A DNA stretch of 64,000 bases from Elusimicrobiota bacterium (GTDB lineage: Bacteria; Elusimicrobiota; Endomicrobiia; CG1-02-37-114; JAHJSO01). Location of the stretch: assembly GCA_043826435.1 (NCBI GenBank), contig JBDRQF010000053.1:38049-102048 (forward strand). The letters run 5' to 3'. A program made the position numbers and the translations under genes. Shown in pieces: positions 30,903-40,596 of the stretch (positions are counted from its first letter, which is position 1; every line of letters starts with the position of its first letter). The notes under the pieces are model-generated. The model saw only the letters and a program-made list of their open reading frames with translations, did not search any database and was not told the DNA's origin.

Positions 30903-31916
30903 ATGAGTTTTAACGATATAACAGGGCACGCAAAAACGCTAAGTATAATTAGGAAACAAGTCAATCAGAACAAGGTGCCTCACGCCTATCTGTTCGTAGG
31001 GCCTTCAGGCGTGGGGAAAAAAAAGACAGCCGTTGAGTTGGCCAAATCCCTTAACTGCATTGGTTCTGCTAAAGCCCCCAACGGCATTGATGGAGAGAGC
31101 AGGAGGGCGGGTGATTCATGCGGCGAGTGCCTCTCCTGCAGGAAAATAGAAAACGCAGTCCATCCCGACGTAACCCTGATTGATTTTTTCTGGCAGGCGG
31201 AACTCCTTCAGGAAAAACCGGAAAAACAGACGCAGATAAAAATAGACACGGTAAGGGAGATACAGAAGACGGTATCCCTGAAACCGTTTGAGGGGAGATG
31301 GAAAGTTTTTATACTGGACGACGTCCAGAAAATATCCGGTGAGGCGGCGAACTGCCTGCTTAAGACCCTTGAGGAACCGCCCCGGAATACGTTGTTGATT
31401 TTGCTCTCATCAGTTAAGGGAACCCTGCCACAGACGGTTGTTTCCAGGTGCCAGTGTCTGAGGTTCGGCTACCTTACGGACGATGAAATTTTAAAAGTCG
31501 TTGCCGTTAAATCATGTCCGGGGGAAACTGACGGAGCGGGTTTCAGGGAATTAATTAAATTCGCGAGGGGTTCAGCAGGGGAAATGCTATCTCTGGTAGA
31601 GTCCGGCGCGGGGGACTCCCTGCGGGGGCTTGTTTCCCTCTGGGAGCGTCTCAGGACGGGCGGGGCAGGCATACGGGAGATACTGCAATTCATTGACGGG
31701 ACGGGGACAGACAGGAAGTCGGCGGATGACCTCATTTCAAAACTCATTGTCCTCGCCCATAACGAAATTGAATCCGGTCAACCCTTGTGTGAAATTCTTG
31801 AGGCACTCCTGCAATGCAGGGGGGCAATCCGTTACAATGTCACCCCGGAACTGATTATAGATGTCGCGTTACTTAAAATAAAAAATTGGAGAAAAAATTA
31901 TGCCGGTAATTGTTGA
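30903..31916 (+). CDS. holB: DNA polymerase III delta-prime subunit
   Basis: HAYLFVGPSGVGK; CGEC.SC; HPD; AANCLLKTLEEPP; SRC. Confidence 0.92.
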   Translation: MSFNDITGHAKTLSIIRKQVNQNKVPHAYLFVGPSGVGKKKTAVELAKSLNCIGSAKAPNGIDGESRRAGDSCGECLSCRKIENAVHPDVTLIDFFWQAELLQEKPEKQTQIKIDTVREIQKTVSLKPFEGRWKVFILDDVQKISGEAANCLLKTLEEPPRNTLLILLSSVKGTLPQTVVSRCQCLRFGYLTDDEILKVVAVKSCPGETDGAGFRELIKFARGSAGEMLSLVESGAGDSLRGLVSLWERLRTGGAGIREILQFIDGTGTDRKSADDLISKLIVLAHNEIESGQPLCEILEALLQCRGAIRYNVTPELIIDVALLKIKNWRKNYAGNC

Positions 31917-32685
31917 TGTAGCGATAAGGAAAAAAGAGGAAAAGGTCGTTTGTGATACAGGCGACGTTCCTGTGTCCGTCGGCGACAGGGTAATTCTTGA
32001 AATTGACCAGTCCCAGGAGATGGGTGTGGTCGTGTCCAGGGAGAGGATGATTGAAAAGCCGAGAAAGGACGCCTGCAAAATCCTGCGGAGGTGTACGCCC
32101 GAGGACATAAAGCGTCTTGCCGATAACAGGATTAAAAAGGAGGATGCCTGCAGGGTAGCCCGGCAGAAGATTGAAGACCATGAGATTAAAATGAAACTCA
32201 CCTGTGTTGACTATTCCTTTGACAGGGCGAAATTATACGTGTATTACACCGCCGAAACAAGGATTGATTTCAGGCAACTCATAAAGGACCTGGGACATAT
32301 GCTTAAGACAAGGATTCAGATGGTCCAGATAGGCAGCAGGGATGAAACCAGGATGTTAGGCGGGCTGGGACCCTGCGGCAGGGTATTGTGCTGTAAGAAT
32401 ATGTTGAGGGATTTTATTCCCGTGACCATAGACATGGCAAAAATCCAGGACCCGTCTTTGAACGTTTCCAAGATGTCCGGCCCCTGCGGGCGGCTGATGT
32501 GCTGTATCGCCTACGAGGATAAATTTTACAGCGAGCAGTTAAAAAAGATGCCGAGGGTCGGCAGCAGGGTCAGGACGCCCGAAGGAGAGGCGAAAGTGAT
32601 TTCCGTTCACCTGATGAAAGAATGCATAACCGTGGAGTTCCCAGATAAACAGGTCCGCAAATACAATCTCAATGAGATTAAATAA
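31900..32685 (+). CDS. ricT: PSP1/RicT (YaaT) family protein
   Basis: RIDFRQL.KDL; GGLGPCGR.LCC; SGPCGRLMCC. Confidence 0.88.
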   Translation: MPVIVDVAIRKKEEKVVCDTGDVPVSVGDRVILEIDQSQEMGVVVSRERMIEKPRKDACKILRRCTPEDIKRLADNRIKKEDACRVARQKIEDHEIKMKLTCVDYSFDRAKLYVYYTAETRIDFRQLIKDLGHMLKTRIQMVQIGSRDETRMLGGLGPCGRVLCCKNMLRDFIPVTIDMAKIQDPSLNVSKMSGPCGRLMCCIAYEDKFYSEQLKKMPRVGSRVRTPEGEAKVISVHLMKECITVEFPDKQVRKYNLNEIK

Positions 32686-34231
32686 AAGATTCTTTGTTAC
32701 CACGCCCATTTATTACGTCAATGACCTGCCCCATATAGGCCATACCTACACGACCGTTGCCGCGGACGTCGTTTCAAGGTGGCGCCGCCTGATGGGAGAC
32801 GATGTCCTGTTTTTAACTGGCACGGATGAACACGGCGCGAAGATACTTGAGGCGGCCGCAGGTAAAAAAAAGGACGTCCGGGAGTACTGCGACGAAATCG
32901 CCGCAGGATTTAAAAACGCCTGGAAAGATATGGGCGTATCCTACGACATTTTTATCCGTACGACCGACCCGCTCCACGAGGACGCAGTCCGGAAGTTTAC
33001 CGGCGGACTCAACGAAAAGAAAGAGTTAAATTTTTCAAAGTATGAAGGCAGGTACTGCATCCAGTGCGAAAAATATCTGACTGAAACGGAACTTTCAGAC
33101 GGGCTCTGCCCCGACCATAAAACAAAACCCGTTGCGCAGTCGGAGGAGAATTATTTTTTTAACCTTTCAAAATACAGGGAGAAACTTCTTGAAATCATCC
33201 AGGACACTTGCCACCCGCAGCATTTTGAAATTTTACCCGCTGAAAGAAAGAATGAAATCACCGGCAAACTGAAAAAGGGGCTGGACGACATCAGCATATC
33301 AAGAGCTGAAATGCCATGGGGGATACCACTGCCTTTTGACCCGGGGCAGACGGTTTACGTATGGGTTGACGCTTTAATAAACTATATTTCCGCCGTCGGA
33401 TACGGCCTGCCGGGACAAAAAAATCTAAATTACGCATTCAGCGACTGGTGGCCTGCCGATGTGCACATAATAGGCAAGGACATACTGTGGTTCCACTGCG
33501 TTATATGGCCCGCCCTGTTGCTTGCATCCGGTCTGCCGCTCCCGAAAAAGATTTTCGCCCACGGCTATTTTACGGTCAACGGACAGAAAATGTCAAAGAC
33601 AGTAGGGAATGTAATAAGGCCTGCAGAACTTATAGACATCTTCGGCGCGGACGCTTCAAGATTTTTGCTCCTTGCTGCATTCCCTTTCGGCTCCGACGGC
33701 GATATTTCTTTGGATGATTTCAGGGAAAAATACAACGCTTACCTGGCGAACAACATCGGGAATTTAATCAGCAGGACTACCAACATGGTTGAAAAATATT
33801 CGGGAGGCCGGCTGACAGTACCTGCGGGCTGGACGGATTCAAACCTGCAGGAAATAAGACAGTTGTTTTCAGTGGCGGCAGAGGGGCTTGAGAGTTTGTC
33901 TTTTGAAAAAACGATAAGGTCAATAATTTCAATGTCAACCTTTTGCAACCAGTACATAGACAGGGAAGAGCCATGGCGGCTTGCTTCGTCAGTCGCCCCG
34001 TCAGACAGACAAAAACTGCAGAAAATTTTATACGAAGTCATCCTCGTTTTAAAACACATAACGCTCCTTCTGGCGCCACTCATGCCCGAAACATCGGCGA
34101 AAATATGGGGTTTGCTTGATGAAAAGGAGGAGATGGCAGCCGTCATCAGGGGGATGAAAGACAAACCCGGTTTATCGCTGCCGTCAGGCGCTGAAATAAA
34201 AAAATCCCCGCCGCTATTCCCGAAGCAATGA
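32672..34231 (+). CDS. metG: Methionyl-tRNA synthetase (short form)
   Basis: TTPIYYVN..PHIGH; GTDEHG; YVWVDAL; KMSKT. Confidence 0.95.
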   Translation: MRLNKRFFVTTPIYYVNDLPHIGHTYTTVAADVVSRWRRLMGDDVLFLTGTDEHGAKILEAAAGKKKDVREYCDEIAAGFKNAWKDMGVSYDIFIRTTDPLHEDAVRKFTGGLNEKKELNFSKYEGRYCIQCEKYLTETELSDGLCPDHKTKPVAQSEENYFFNLSKYREKLLEIIQDTCHPQHFEILPAERKNEITGKLKKGLDDISISRAEMPWGIPLPFDPGQTVYVWVDALINYISAVGYGLPGQKNLNYAFSDWWPADVHIIGKDILWFHCVIWPALLLASGLPLPKKIFAHGYFTVNGQKMSKTVGNVIRPAELIDIFGADASRFLLLAAFPFGSDGDISLDDFREKYNAYLANNIGNLISRTTNMVEKYSGGRLTVPAGWTDSNLQEIRQLFSVAAEGLESLSFEKTIRSIISMSTFCNQYIDREEPWRLASSVAPSDRQKLQKILYEVILVLKHITLLLAPLMPETSAKIWGLLDEKEEMAAVIRGMKDKPGLSLPSGAEIKKSPPLFPKQ

Positions 34232-34839
34232 AACAGGACATTTGTTATAAATATAAAAACAACCTCTACCTGAACATTACGAACAGATGTACTATGCGAT
34301 GTCCCTACTGCATAAAATACAGGTGGCGATGGAAATACAGGGGGTATAACCTTCGCCTGAAGAACGAGCCCGCAGCGGAGGAGATAATAAGAGCAATAGA
34401 CAGCCGTTTAAAAGGGATAAAGGAAGCCGTGTTCTGCGGTTACGGGGAACCGACCCTGCGGCTGGACGTGATAAAGACGGTAGCCGCCCACTTGAAAAAG
34501 TCCTCCGTTTTTGTTAGAATTAACACCAACGGCCACGGGGACATGATTAACGGGAGAAACATATGCCCTGAATTGAAGGGCATTGTTGACAGGGTCTCTA
34601 TCAGTTTAAATGTGTGTAATGCCCGGGATTATTACGAAATGCACAAGCCGGTGTTCGGGATGAAGACGTTTAAGGGGGTCATTGAGTTCGTTAAAGAGTG
34701 CAGGAAGTACGTCCCCGAGGTGGTAATTACGACGGTCCGCCTGCCCGGCGTTGACATAAAAAAATGCAGGGAGATTGCACGAGCAATGGGGGCCGGCTTC
34801 TCCGCCCGCAAGTATCTACGGGGATATGAAAAAACATAA
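34228..34839 (+). CDS. TatD-associated radical SAM protein
   Basis: LYLNITNRCTMRCPYC; VFCGYGEP; RINTNG. Confidence 0.85.
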   Translation: MKQDICYKYKNNLYLNITNRCTMRCPYCIKYRWRWKYRGYNLRLKNEPAAEEIIRAIDSRLKGIKEAVFCGYGEPTLRLDVIKTVAAHLKKSSVFVRINTNGHGDMINGRNICPELKGIVDRVSISLNVCNARDYYEMHKPVFGMKTFKGVIEFVKECRKYVPEVVITTVRLPGVDIKKCREIARAMGAGFSARKYLRGYEKT

Positions 34840-34856
34840 CTATTCAGCAAACCATA

Positions 34857-34995
34857 TGTCATTGCGAGAAGCGTTAGCGGTTGCGAGGCGAAGCCGAAGC
34901 AAACCCGCTTCTCCCTGTCATTGCGAGGAGCGTTAGCGACGAAGCAATCTCATCTGAACAATGGGATTGCCACGCCCTTCGGGCTCGCAATGACA
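34857..34995. repeat. Palindromic repeat cluster 3 (3 units)
   Basis: Two forward units and one reverse unit; preceded by taactattcag. Confidence 0.9.
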
Positions 34996-35004
34996 CAAAC
35001 GACC

Positions 35005-35565
35005 ATGTACGAAGAATTCAAAAAAACTGGCGCTGAACTTTTAAGGGAAGGGCTTATACACTCAAACGCGGGAAATATGAGCGTCCGAAAGGGCGACGTC
35101 ATATATATAACGGGTCATGGCTCATGTCTGGGCAACATCGGTTGTTCGGACATCGTAAAAGTCAATCTCAGGGATGAAAAAAGGGACGCCCCTGCCTCGG
35201 TTGAGATAAAGGTCCACAGGGCGGTCTATAATTACGACGACAAAATCAGGGCTATAGTCCATGCCCACCCCGTTTACAGCATAGTCCTGTCGTTTGATTA
35301 TGAAAAGATTGTCCCTGTTGACGTTGAGGGACAGTTTTATATCCCCGAAATCCCCGTGCTGTTTTCCTGCGCCGAAACGATAGGCAGCGAGTGCGTTCAG
35401 GAGAAACTGCCGGAACTTTTAGCCAGAAACAGGATAGCAGTCGTCAGGGGTCACGGCGTCTTTTCAACCGGCAAAACCCTGGATGAGGCGTATGCGTATA
35501 TATCCGTGCTTGAGTGCGCGTCCCAAATAATATACCTCAAAGAGGTCTTGAGAAGGCCAAAATAA
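35005..35565 (+). CDS. Class II aldolase/adducin family protein
   Basis: GNMSVR; ASVE..VH; HAHP; RGHGV. Confidence 0.9.
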   Translation: MYEEFKKTGAELLREGLIHSNAGNMSVRKGDVIYITGHGSCLGNIGCSDIVKVNLRDEKRDAPASVEIKVHRAVYNYDDKIRAIVHAHPVYSIVLSFDYEKIVPVDVEGQFYIPEIPVLFSCAETIGSECVQEKLPELLARNRIAVVRGHGVFSTGKTLDEAYAYISVLECASQIIYLKEVLRRPK

Positions 35566-35745
35566 TCAACCACCGTGAATGTTTTATTGGGTTGATGACT
35601 AACTTATGAAAAGGATAACAAGGCACTAATAGGTTAACGCACGGGGCGGCAAAATAAACAATCAACCGGTGTGTTTTATTAAGATAATGGCCAACTTGTG
35701 AAAAGATGTGGGAAGGCACATAATAGGTTAACGTACGGAAGGGGG
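35560..35745 (+). repeat. Degenerate ~94-bp tandem duplication upstream of the OmpR-type regulator
   Basis: aatcaacc..gttttatt..aactt.tgaaaag..aaggcac(a)taataggttaacg.acgg occurs twice. Confidence 0.75.
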
Positions 35746-35756
35746 CCAATGACAAC

Positions 35757-36467
35757 ATGGCGGAAAAAATTCTGGTCATAGACGACGACGAAGAAACAGC
35801 GGAATTCATAAGCGAAGGGCTTAAACTTGAGGGTTACACCCCGGTTGTTGCATCAAACGGGAAGGACGGGCTGAATAAGGCCGCAAAGGAAATACCGAAC
35901 CTAATCCTCCTTGACTTAGGGCTTCCCGATATGGATGGTCTGGAGGTCTGTAAAAGAATAAAGCAGTCGGAAGAGACAAGGACTATCCCGGTAATAATGC
36001 TGACCGCCCGCTCAACCACGAGCGACAGGGTAACGGGCCTTGAAGCCGGCGCGGACGATTATCTGGTGAAACCATTTGAGCCGCATGAGCTTATAGCCAG
36101 GATTAAGGCGATATTCAGGAGGGTGGAGTATTATGCCCCCAAACCCAACGAGGTGCTCAACAAGGGAGGCATTATACTGGATGTCGGCAACCGTAGGGTT
36201 ACCATTGATTTCAAGACGGACGTTGATTTGTCTCCAAAGGAATTTCAACTCCTTTATTTGCTAATGAAAAACAGCGGTAGCGTCCTGGACAGGGATTTTT
36301 TGCTTAAGACGTTATGGGGTTACTCGAGCAGTTCCGAATCCCGCACGGTTGACGTGCACATACAGCGTCTCAGGAAAAAGATACTGGAATACGTCCAGAA
36401 GTTTAACGAATATATGAACGACCGGATTGTTACCGTAGAGGGTTTCGGTTACAAGTTCCTGGACTGA
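35757..36467 (+). CDS. OmpR/PhoB family response regulator
   Basis: Receiver plus wHTH (LSPKEF; SRTVDVHIQRLRKK; TVEGFGY). Confidence 0.93.
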   Translation: MAEKILVIDDDEETAEFISEGLKLEGYTPVVASNGKDGLNKAAKEIPNLILLDLGLPDMDGLEVCKRIKQSEETRTIPVIMLTARSTTSDRVTGLEAGADDYLVKPFEPHELIARIKAIFRRVEYYAPKPNEVLNKGGIILDVGNRRVTIDFKTDVDLSPKEFQLLYLLMKNSGSVLDRDFLLKTLWGYSSSSESRTVDVHIQRLRKKILEYVQKFNEYMNDRIVTVEGFGYKFLD

Positions 36468-36477
36468 GGTAATTTGT

Positions 36478-38034
36478 ATGGCTAATAAAATTTATCGTTT
36501 GATTCTAATTCTATTATGTGCCGGAGTGATTGCGTTTTTCTGGTACATTAAGGACGTCCGCAGGACGGACGTCCGCAGGACGAAACTTGCATCCATTTCA
36601 GCCATCGGGGAAGGGGAAGTTAGTCCGGCGGCATTGAACCTGCAGGAGTCATTCGTGAAAGTGGCGAATATGCTCAAGCCGGCGGTCGTGAATATATCTA
36701 CCGTCCAGATGCTGGATTATCCGCAACACGAGTTTTTCTTCGGGGACCCGTTAGAGGAATTTTTTAAGGATTTCGGCGATTTTTTTGGAAGGCCTTACGG
36801 GGAACGCAGGGAACAAAAACAGCCCGGGAAGAAAAAATATCGCTCGGAAGGCGGCGGGTCGGGAGTTATCATCCATACAGACGGTTATATACTCACGAAT
36901 GAACATGTAATAAGGGGGGCGGACGAGATAAAGGTAACGGTTAACCTGGATGACAAGGACGTAATATACAAGGGCAGGGTTGTGGGGAAAGATGCGCGGA
37001 CAGACATGGCCATAGTCAAGATTACCACTGCGAAAAAACTCCCGTCTGCGCCGTTGGGTGATTCGGACAAACTCAGGGTGGGGGAATGGGTAATCGCCAT
37101 CGGTTCGCCTTTTGGCCTCCAGCAGACGGTTACAAGCGGGATTGTTTCTGCAATAAGGCAATCTATTGCCGTGGAAGGCAGGGAATACCGCGATTTCATC
37201 CAGACGGACGCTGCAATAAACAGGGGTAATTCGGGTGGGCCCCTGTGTAACATAAGGGGAGAGGTCATCGGGATAAACACGGCGATATACGCGCCCACGG
37301 GGGTTTTCTCGGGCATCGGCTTTGCGATACCCATCAACAGGGCGAAAGAAATCCTGGACGACCTTATCCACAAAGGTAAAGTCGTCCGTGGCTGGCTGGG
37401 CATTGAGATAAAGCAGATTGACGAAGCGATACAGAAACAATTCTCGCTGAAGGAAAAAAGCGGTGCCCTGATAAACAACGTGTTGCCGGGTTCGCCTGCA
37501 GAAAAATCCGGGTTGAAACGCGGTGATGTCATTATAAAATTCAACCTGCAGAGGATAAACACTCCGGCTGAATTGCAGTCGGCGGTGTCTAAAACAGGGC
37601 CGAAAAAGAAAGTCCCTGTAAAGATTATCCGGGAAGGCAAAGAACAGGTAATCCAGCTTGTTACGGGTGAGATGCCCGATGAACCGGTTGCGTCAGGTGA
37701 AGCCCCCGATGATGAAAAGACCCCGCAGGGGAAAACCTCCGCGTGGAAAGGAATAACTGTTTCCGGGCTCACGGAAGGCCATTCACGGAAATACGGGATA
37801 CCCGCCGGCGAGGAAGGGGTCGTAGTGGTTGAGGTTGACCAGACGCAACCCGCCTATGAGATGGGCATTATTGAGGGTGACCTGATAAAATCAATTAACA
37901 GGGTGAAAACAAAAGACATAGAAAGTTTTGACGCCGCGACAAAAAGGGTGAATATAGCGGATGGCGTGGTGTTTGATGTCCTGCGTCAGGGAAGGCCGCT
38001 TTATCTTTCTTACACTGCAACGTCCGGTGAATAG
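36478..38034 (+). CDS. HtrA/DegP-DegQ serine protease with two PDZ domains
   Basis: TNEHV, D.A, IQTDAAINRGNSGGPL. Confidence 0.93.
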   Translation: MANKIYRLILILLCAGVIAFFWYIKDVRRTDVRRTKLASISAIGEGEVSPAALNLQESFVKVANMLKPAVVNISTVQMLDYPQHEFFFGDPLEEFFKDFGDFFGRPYGERREQKQPGKKKYRSEGGGSGVIIHTDGYILTNEHVIRGADEIKVTVNLDDKDVIYKGRVVGKDARTDMAIVKITTAKKLPSAPLGDSDKLRVGEWVIAIGSPFGLQQTVTSGIVSAIRQSIAVEGREYRDFIQTDAAINRGNSGGPLCNIRGEVIGINTAIYAPTGVFSGIGFAIPINRAKEILDDLIHKGKVVRGWLGIEIKQIDEAIQKQFSLKEKSGALINNVLPGSPAEKSGLKRGDVIIKFNLQRINTPAELQSAVSKTGPKKKVPVKIIREGKEQVIQLVTGEMPDEPVASGEAPDDEKTPQGKTSAWKGITVSGLTEGHSRKYGIPAGEEGVVVVEVDQTQPAYEMGIIEGDLIKSINRVKTKDIESFDAATKRVNIADGVVFDVLRQGRPLYLSYTATSGE

Positions 38035-38035
38035 C

Positions 38036-38416
38036 ATGAAAAAGATTCTGGTGGTTGAAGACGACAGGGCGCTTGTCCGGCTTGTTGAGATGCTTCTTAA
38101 GGGCGCCGGTTACGATGTGAGGACTGCCATGGACGGAGCTACTGCCCTGCGGTTGATAAAGGAATACAGACCTGATTTACTCCTGCTGGACATAATGATG
38201 CCGATAATTGACGGTTACCATATATGTAAAATAATCTCCGAGGACCCGCAGTACATGCCTCTTCCGAAAATAATTGTTCTGACGGTCAGGAAGGAAGAAT
38301 GGGACAGGAGAATCAGCAAATTTGCGGGCGCGGACGCTTTTATGTCAAAGCCGTTCAAGAACGACGACCTGCTTGACAAAATAAAGGAATTGCTTGAACA
38401 ACAGTGCAATATTTAA
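38036..38416 (+). CDS. Stand-alone response regulator receiver
   Basis: ILVVEDD, LLDIMMP, KPF. Confidence 0.9.
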   Translation: MKKILVVEDDRALVRLVEMLLKGAGYDVRTAMDGATALRLIKEYRPDLLLLDIMMPIIDGYHICKIISEDPQYMPLPKIIVLTVRKEEWDRRISKFAGADAFMSKPFKNDDLLDKIKELLEQQCNI

Positions 38417-38439
38417 CAGTATCGGCTCACTGAACCATG

Positions 38440-38551
38440 TGTCATTACGAGCGGAGCGAAGTAATCTCATGAGATTGCTTCGTCGCTAACGCTCCTCGCA
38501 ATGACATACGGCATTGAGATTGCTTCGTCGCTAACGCTTCTCGCAATGACA
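38440..38551. repeat. Palindromic repeat cluster 4 (3 units)
   Basis: One forward and two reverse units; followed by tgaatagttac. Confidence 0.9.
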
Positions 38552-38612
38552 CGGATGAGTGAATAGTTACGTTTAACATAAGGATGCGCAGATACATGCG
38601 CGAGGGTGCACA

Positions 38613-39008
38613 ATGACTAATATACTTATTGCGGACGACGACCTGGAAATACAGGAACTGTTAAAATTCACGCTTGAAAACGAGGGCTATCAGGTGCAGA
38701 TTGCGGGGGACGGCGAAGAGACGATAAAGAAGGCATATGCGATAAAGCCCGACTTGATTGTCCTTGACATTATGATGCCCAAACTTAGCGGTTATGAAGT
38801 TGTTGAACGGCTCAGGGATGACCCGTTGATGTCCCTCGTACCTATAATCATGCTTACCTCCCTTTCCCAGGTGAAGGACAGGATAACCGGGATAAAATTA
38901 GGTGCGGATGATTATCTCTGTAAACCGTTTGAGCCGTATGAACTTGTCGCAAGGATAGAGGGGTTGTTGCGCCGGGTGAAAACGTTGAAGCAGTCGCACA
39001 CTACATAA
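38613..39008 (+). CDS. Stand-alone receiver (OmpR-like receiver without output domain)
   Basis: ILIADDD, LDIMMP, GADDYLCKPF..ELVARI. Confidence 0.9.
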   Translation: MTNILIADDDLEIQELLKFTLENEGYQVQIAGDGEETIKKAYAIKPDLIVLDIMMPKLSGYEVVERLRDDPLMSLVPIIMLTSLSQVKDRITGIKLGADDYLCKPFEPYELVARIEGLLRRVKTLKQSHTT

Positions 39009-39030
39009 CCAAGGGAAGGCAGTAACTATG

Positions 39031-40596
39031 TTATTTCCTGAATATAAGTACGAGGACGCCCGCGATTACCAGGAAGGTTATGGAAGTCATTACAATCTTT
39101 CCTGGTTTTGACAGCCACCCCGGAACTTCCGTGTCTTTATCTTGCCCCGCGCCGCTTTTCTGCCGTGAGGTTATCTTTTTAACCCTGTAAACGTTCCTTT
39201 CTATTTGCGAGACATTCCCTGCATTGTCTCTGGCGGTTATGACGATAGTATTCCTGCCCATTTTTGATATAAGAGCGGTCGTGAACCTGCCGGTGTCGTC
39301 GGGAACCACATTTTTCTCCTGGACACTGACCTGTGTCCCCGGTTCAGTTTTGCCGTCTATATGGATGAAGTCGGAAGTGGTTTCCTCGTTCTCCTTAGGG
39401 GTAAAGATTTCAACCATAGGCGGGGCCGTATCAATTACAAAACTCCTGACAGGGCTGAAACTGCTTTCAAAACCCAATTCGTCTATGTAAGCAAGCCGGT
39501 AGAAATATTTACCGTCGGGTAGATTAAAATTCTTCAGGTCCAGGGACAGGTTCTGCCGGACGGTATCGGTCCAGTCAACCAGCACGTTTTTGAAACCAGG
39601 GTCGCCGGATATTTCCATGCGGTATTTTTCAATCCTTGCGCGGATTACTTCCGCCTGCGTCCCTTCAGTTTTTGCGGAAATAGCAGGGGCTGCAAGGTTC
39701 AGGTTGAGTTTGTCCTGCCCGCTACCCGGGACGTCTATTTTTTTAGCATCAACGTCAGGTTCAAACTCCGGCAGTGGCGGCAGAGCGCGCGGCAGTGAAG
39801 GCGGCTGAAGATGTTTTACCTCCGTGCCGAACCCTTTCTGGAGAGTGACTGTTTTACCCTGCGCCGTTACGTCAACGATACCCTCATACACTTCTACGAG
39901 AGTCGTCTTGTCCGGCTTTATCCTGGTTTTGAAGTCCGCCCGTTTTGTTTTAGGGTCTATTTTAGGGTCAATGTGTGCGCTGTCCGTTATTACCTTTGTC
40001 TTTGACGCCCGTATTGAACCGGCAAAGAGTTCTACTTCCTCCCTCTTTTTTTCAGGCCTGAGAATAACGAGGGAATGTTCGTCCAACAGGACTGTTTCAC
40101 CCGTCAGGAACCTGACGGACGCCTTTGACTGTGCCATTGTCCTGAGGCCGTCTTCGTTGAATAATTCTATGCCTTCGCTTGCCTTTTTCCAGTCGGAAGT
40201 ATCCCTTTTTCTGAACCGGACGTCGTTAAGCAGGTACACAAGATGGGCGGGCCTGAGGTGTTCCTTCACCAGCAGGACGGGGACGTTAAGTTTCATTCCG
40301 GGGAGTATAACGCCCGGGTCGGATGAAGGCAGTTTGTTATGTTTTAAAATTTCAGGCCATGCCCGCGGGTCTTTAAGGTAATAATTGGCGACTCCCCATA
40401 GGGTATCGCCGTCCTTAACCTCTATCTGCTGGAGTATTACTTCCTTTGTTTCCCGCCTTGTTTTCTGGTCCGTTCCCTGGACAGTCGCCCCGATGCATAC
40501 GCTGACCGTCAGCCCTGCCATCGTTACAGCGAGCATGACGGAAAGGATGTCCGAAAACTTTGTATGTTTCGCCGGCTGTCTCATTGATTGTCTCAT
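39031..40596 (-). CDS. LysM + FecR-like + Ig-domain protein with C-terminal TM anchor
   Basis: VKDGDTLWGVA..YL..P..WP.I...N; VEVYEG.V.V; DTAPP Ig; C-terminal hydrophobic helix then RK. Confidence 0.75.
   Translation of the reverse strand: MRQSMRQPAKHTKFSDILSVMLAVTMAGLTVSVCIGATVQGTDQKTRRETKEVILQQIEVKDGDTLWGVANYYLKDPRAWPEILKHNKLPSSDPGVILPGMKLNVPVLLVKEHLRPAHLVYLLNDVRFRKRDTSDWKKASEGIELFNEDGLRTMAQSKASVRFLTGETVLLDEHSLVILRPEKKREEVELFAGSIRASKTKVITDSAHIDPKIDPKTKRADFKTRIKPDKTTLVEVYEGIVDVTAQGKTVTLQKGFGTEVKHLQPPSLPRALPPLPEFEPDVDAKKIDVPGSGQDKLNLNLAAPAISAKTEGTQAEVIRARIEKYRMEISGDPGFKNVLVDWTDTVRQNLSLDLKNFNLPDGKYFYRLAYIDELGFESSFSPVRSFVIDTAPPMVEIFTPKENEETTSDFIHIDGKTEPGTQVSVQEKNVVPDDTGRFTTALISKMGRNTIVITARDNAGNVSQIERNVYRVKKITSRQKSGAGQDKDTEVPGWLSKPGKIVMTSITFLVIAGVLVLIFRK

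Noticed and set aside
34921..35004. N-terminal extension of the aldolase; similarly ORF 53758-54192(-)
   Set aside because: These are translations of the palindromic repeats, not protein-like sequence.
38440..38551. Repeated ~37-bp units as a mini CRISPR array
   Set aside because: Units are inverted and dispersed, lack unique spacers of regular length, and no cas genes are present.
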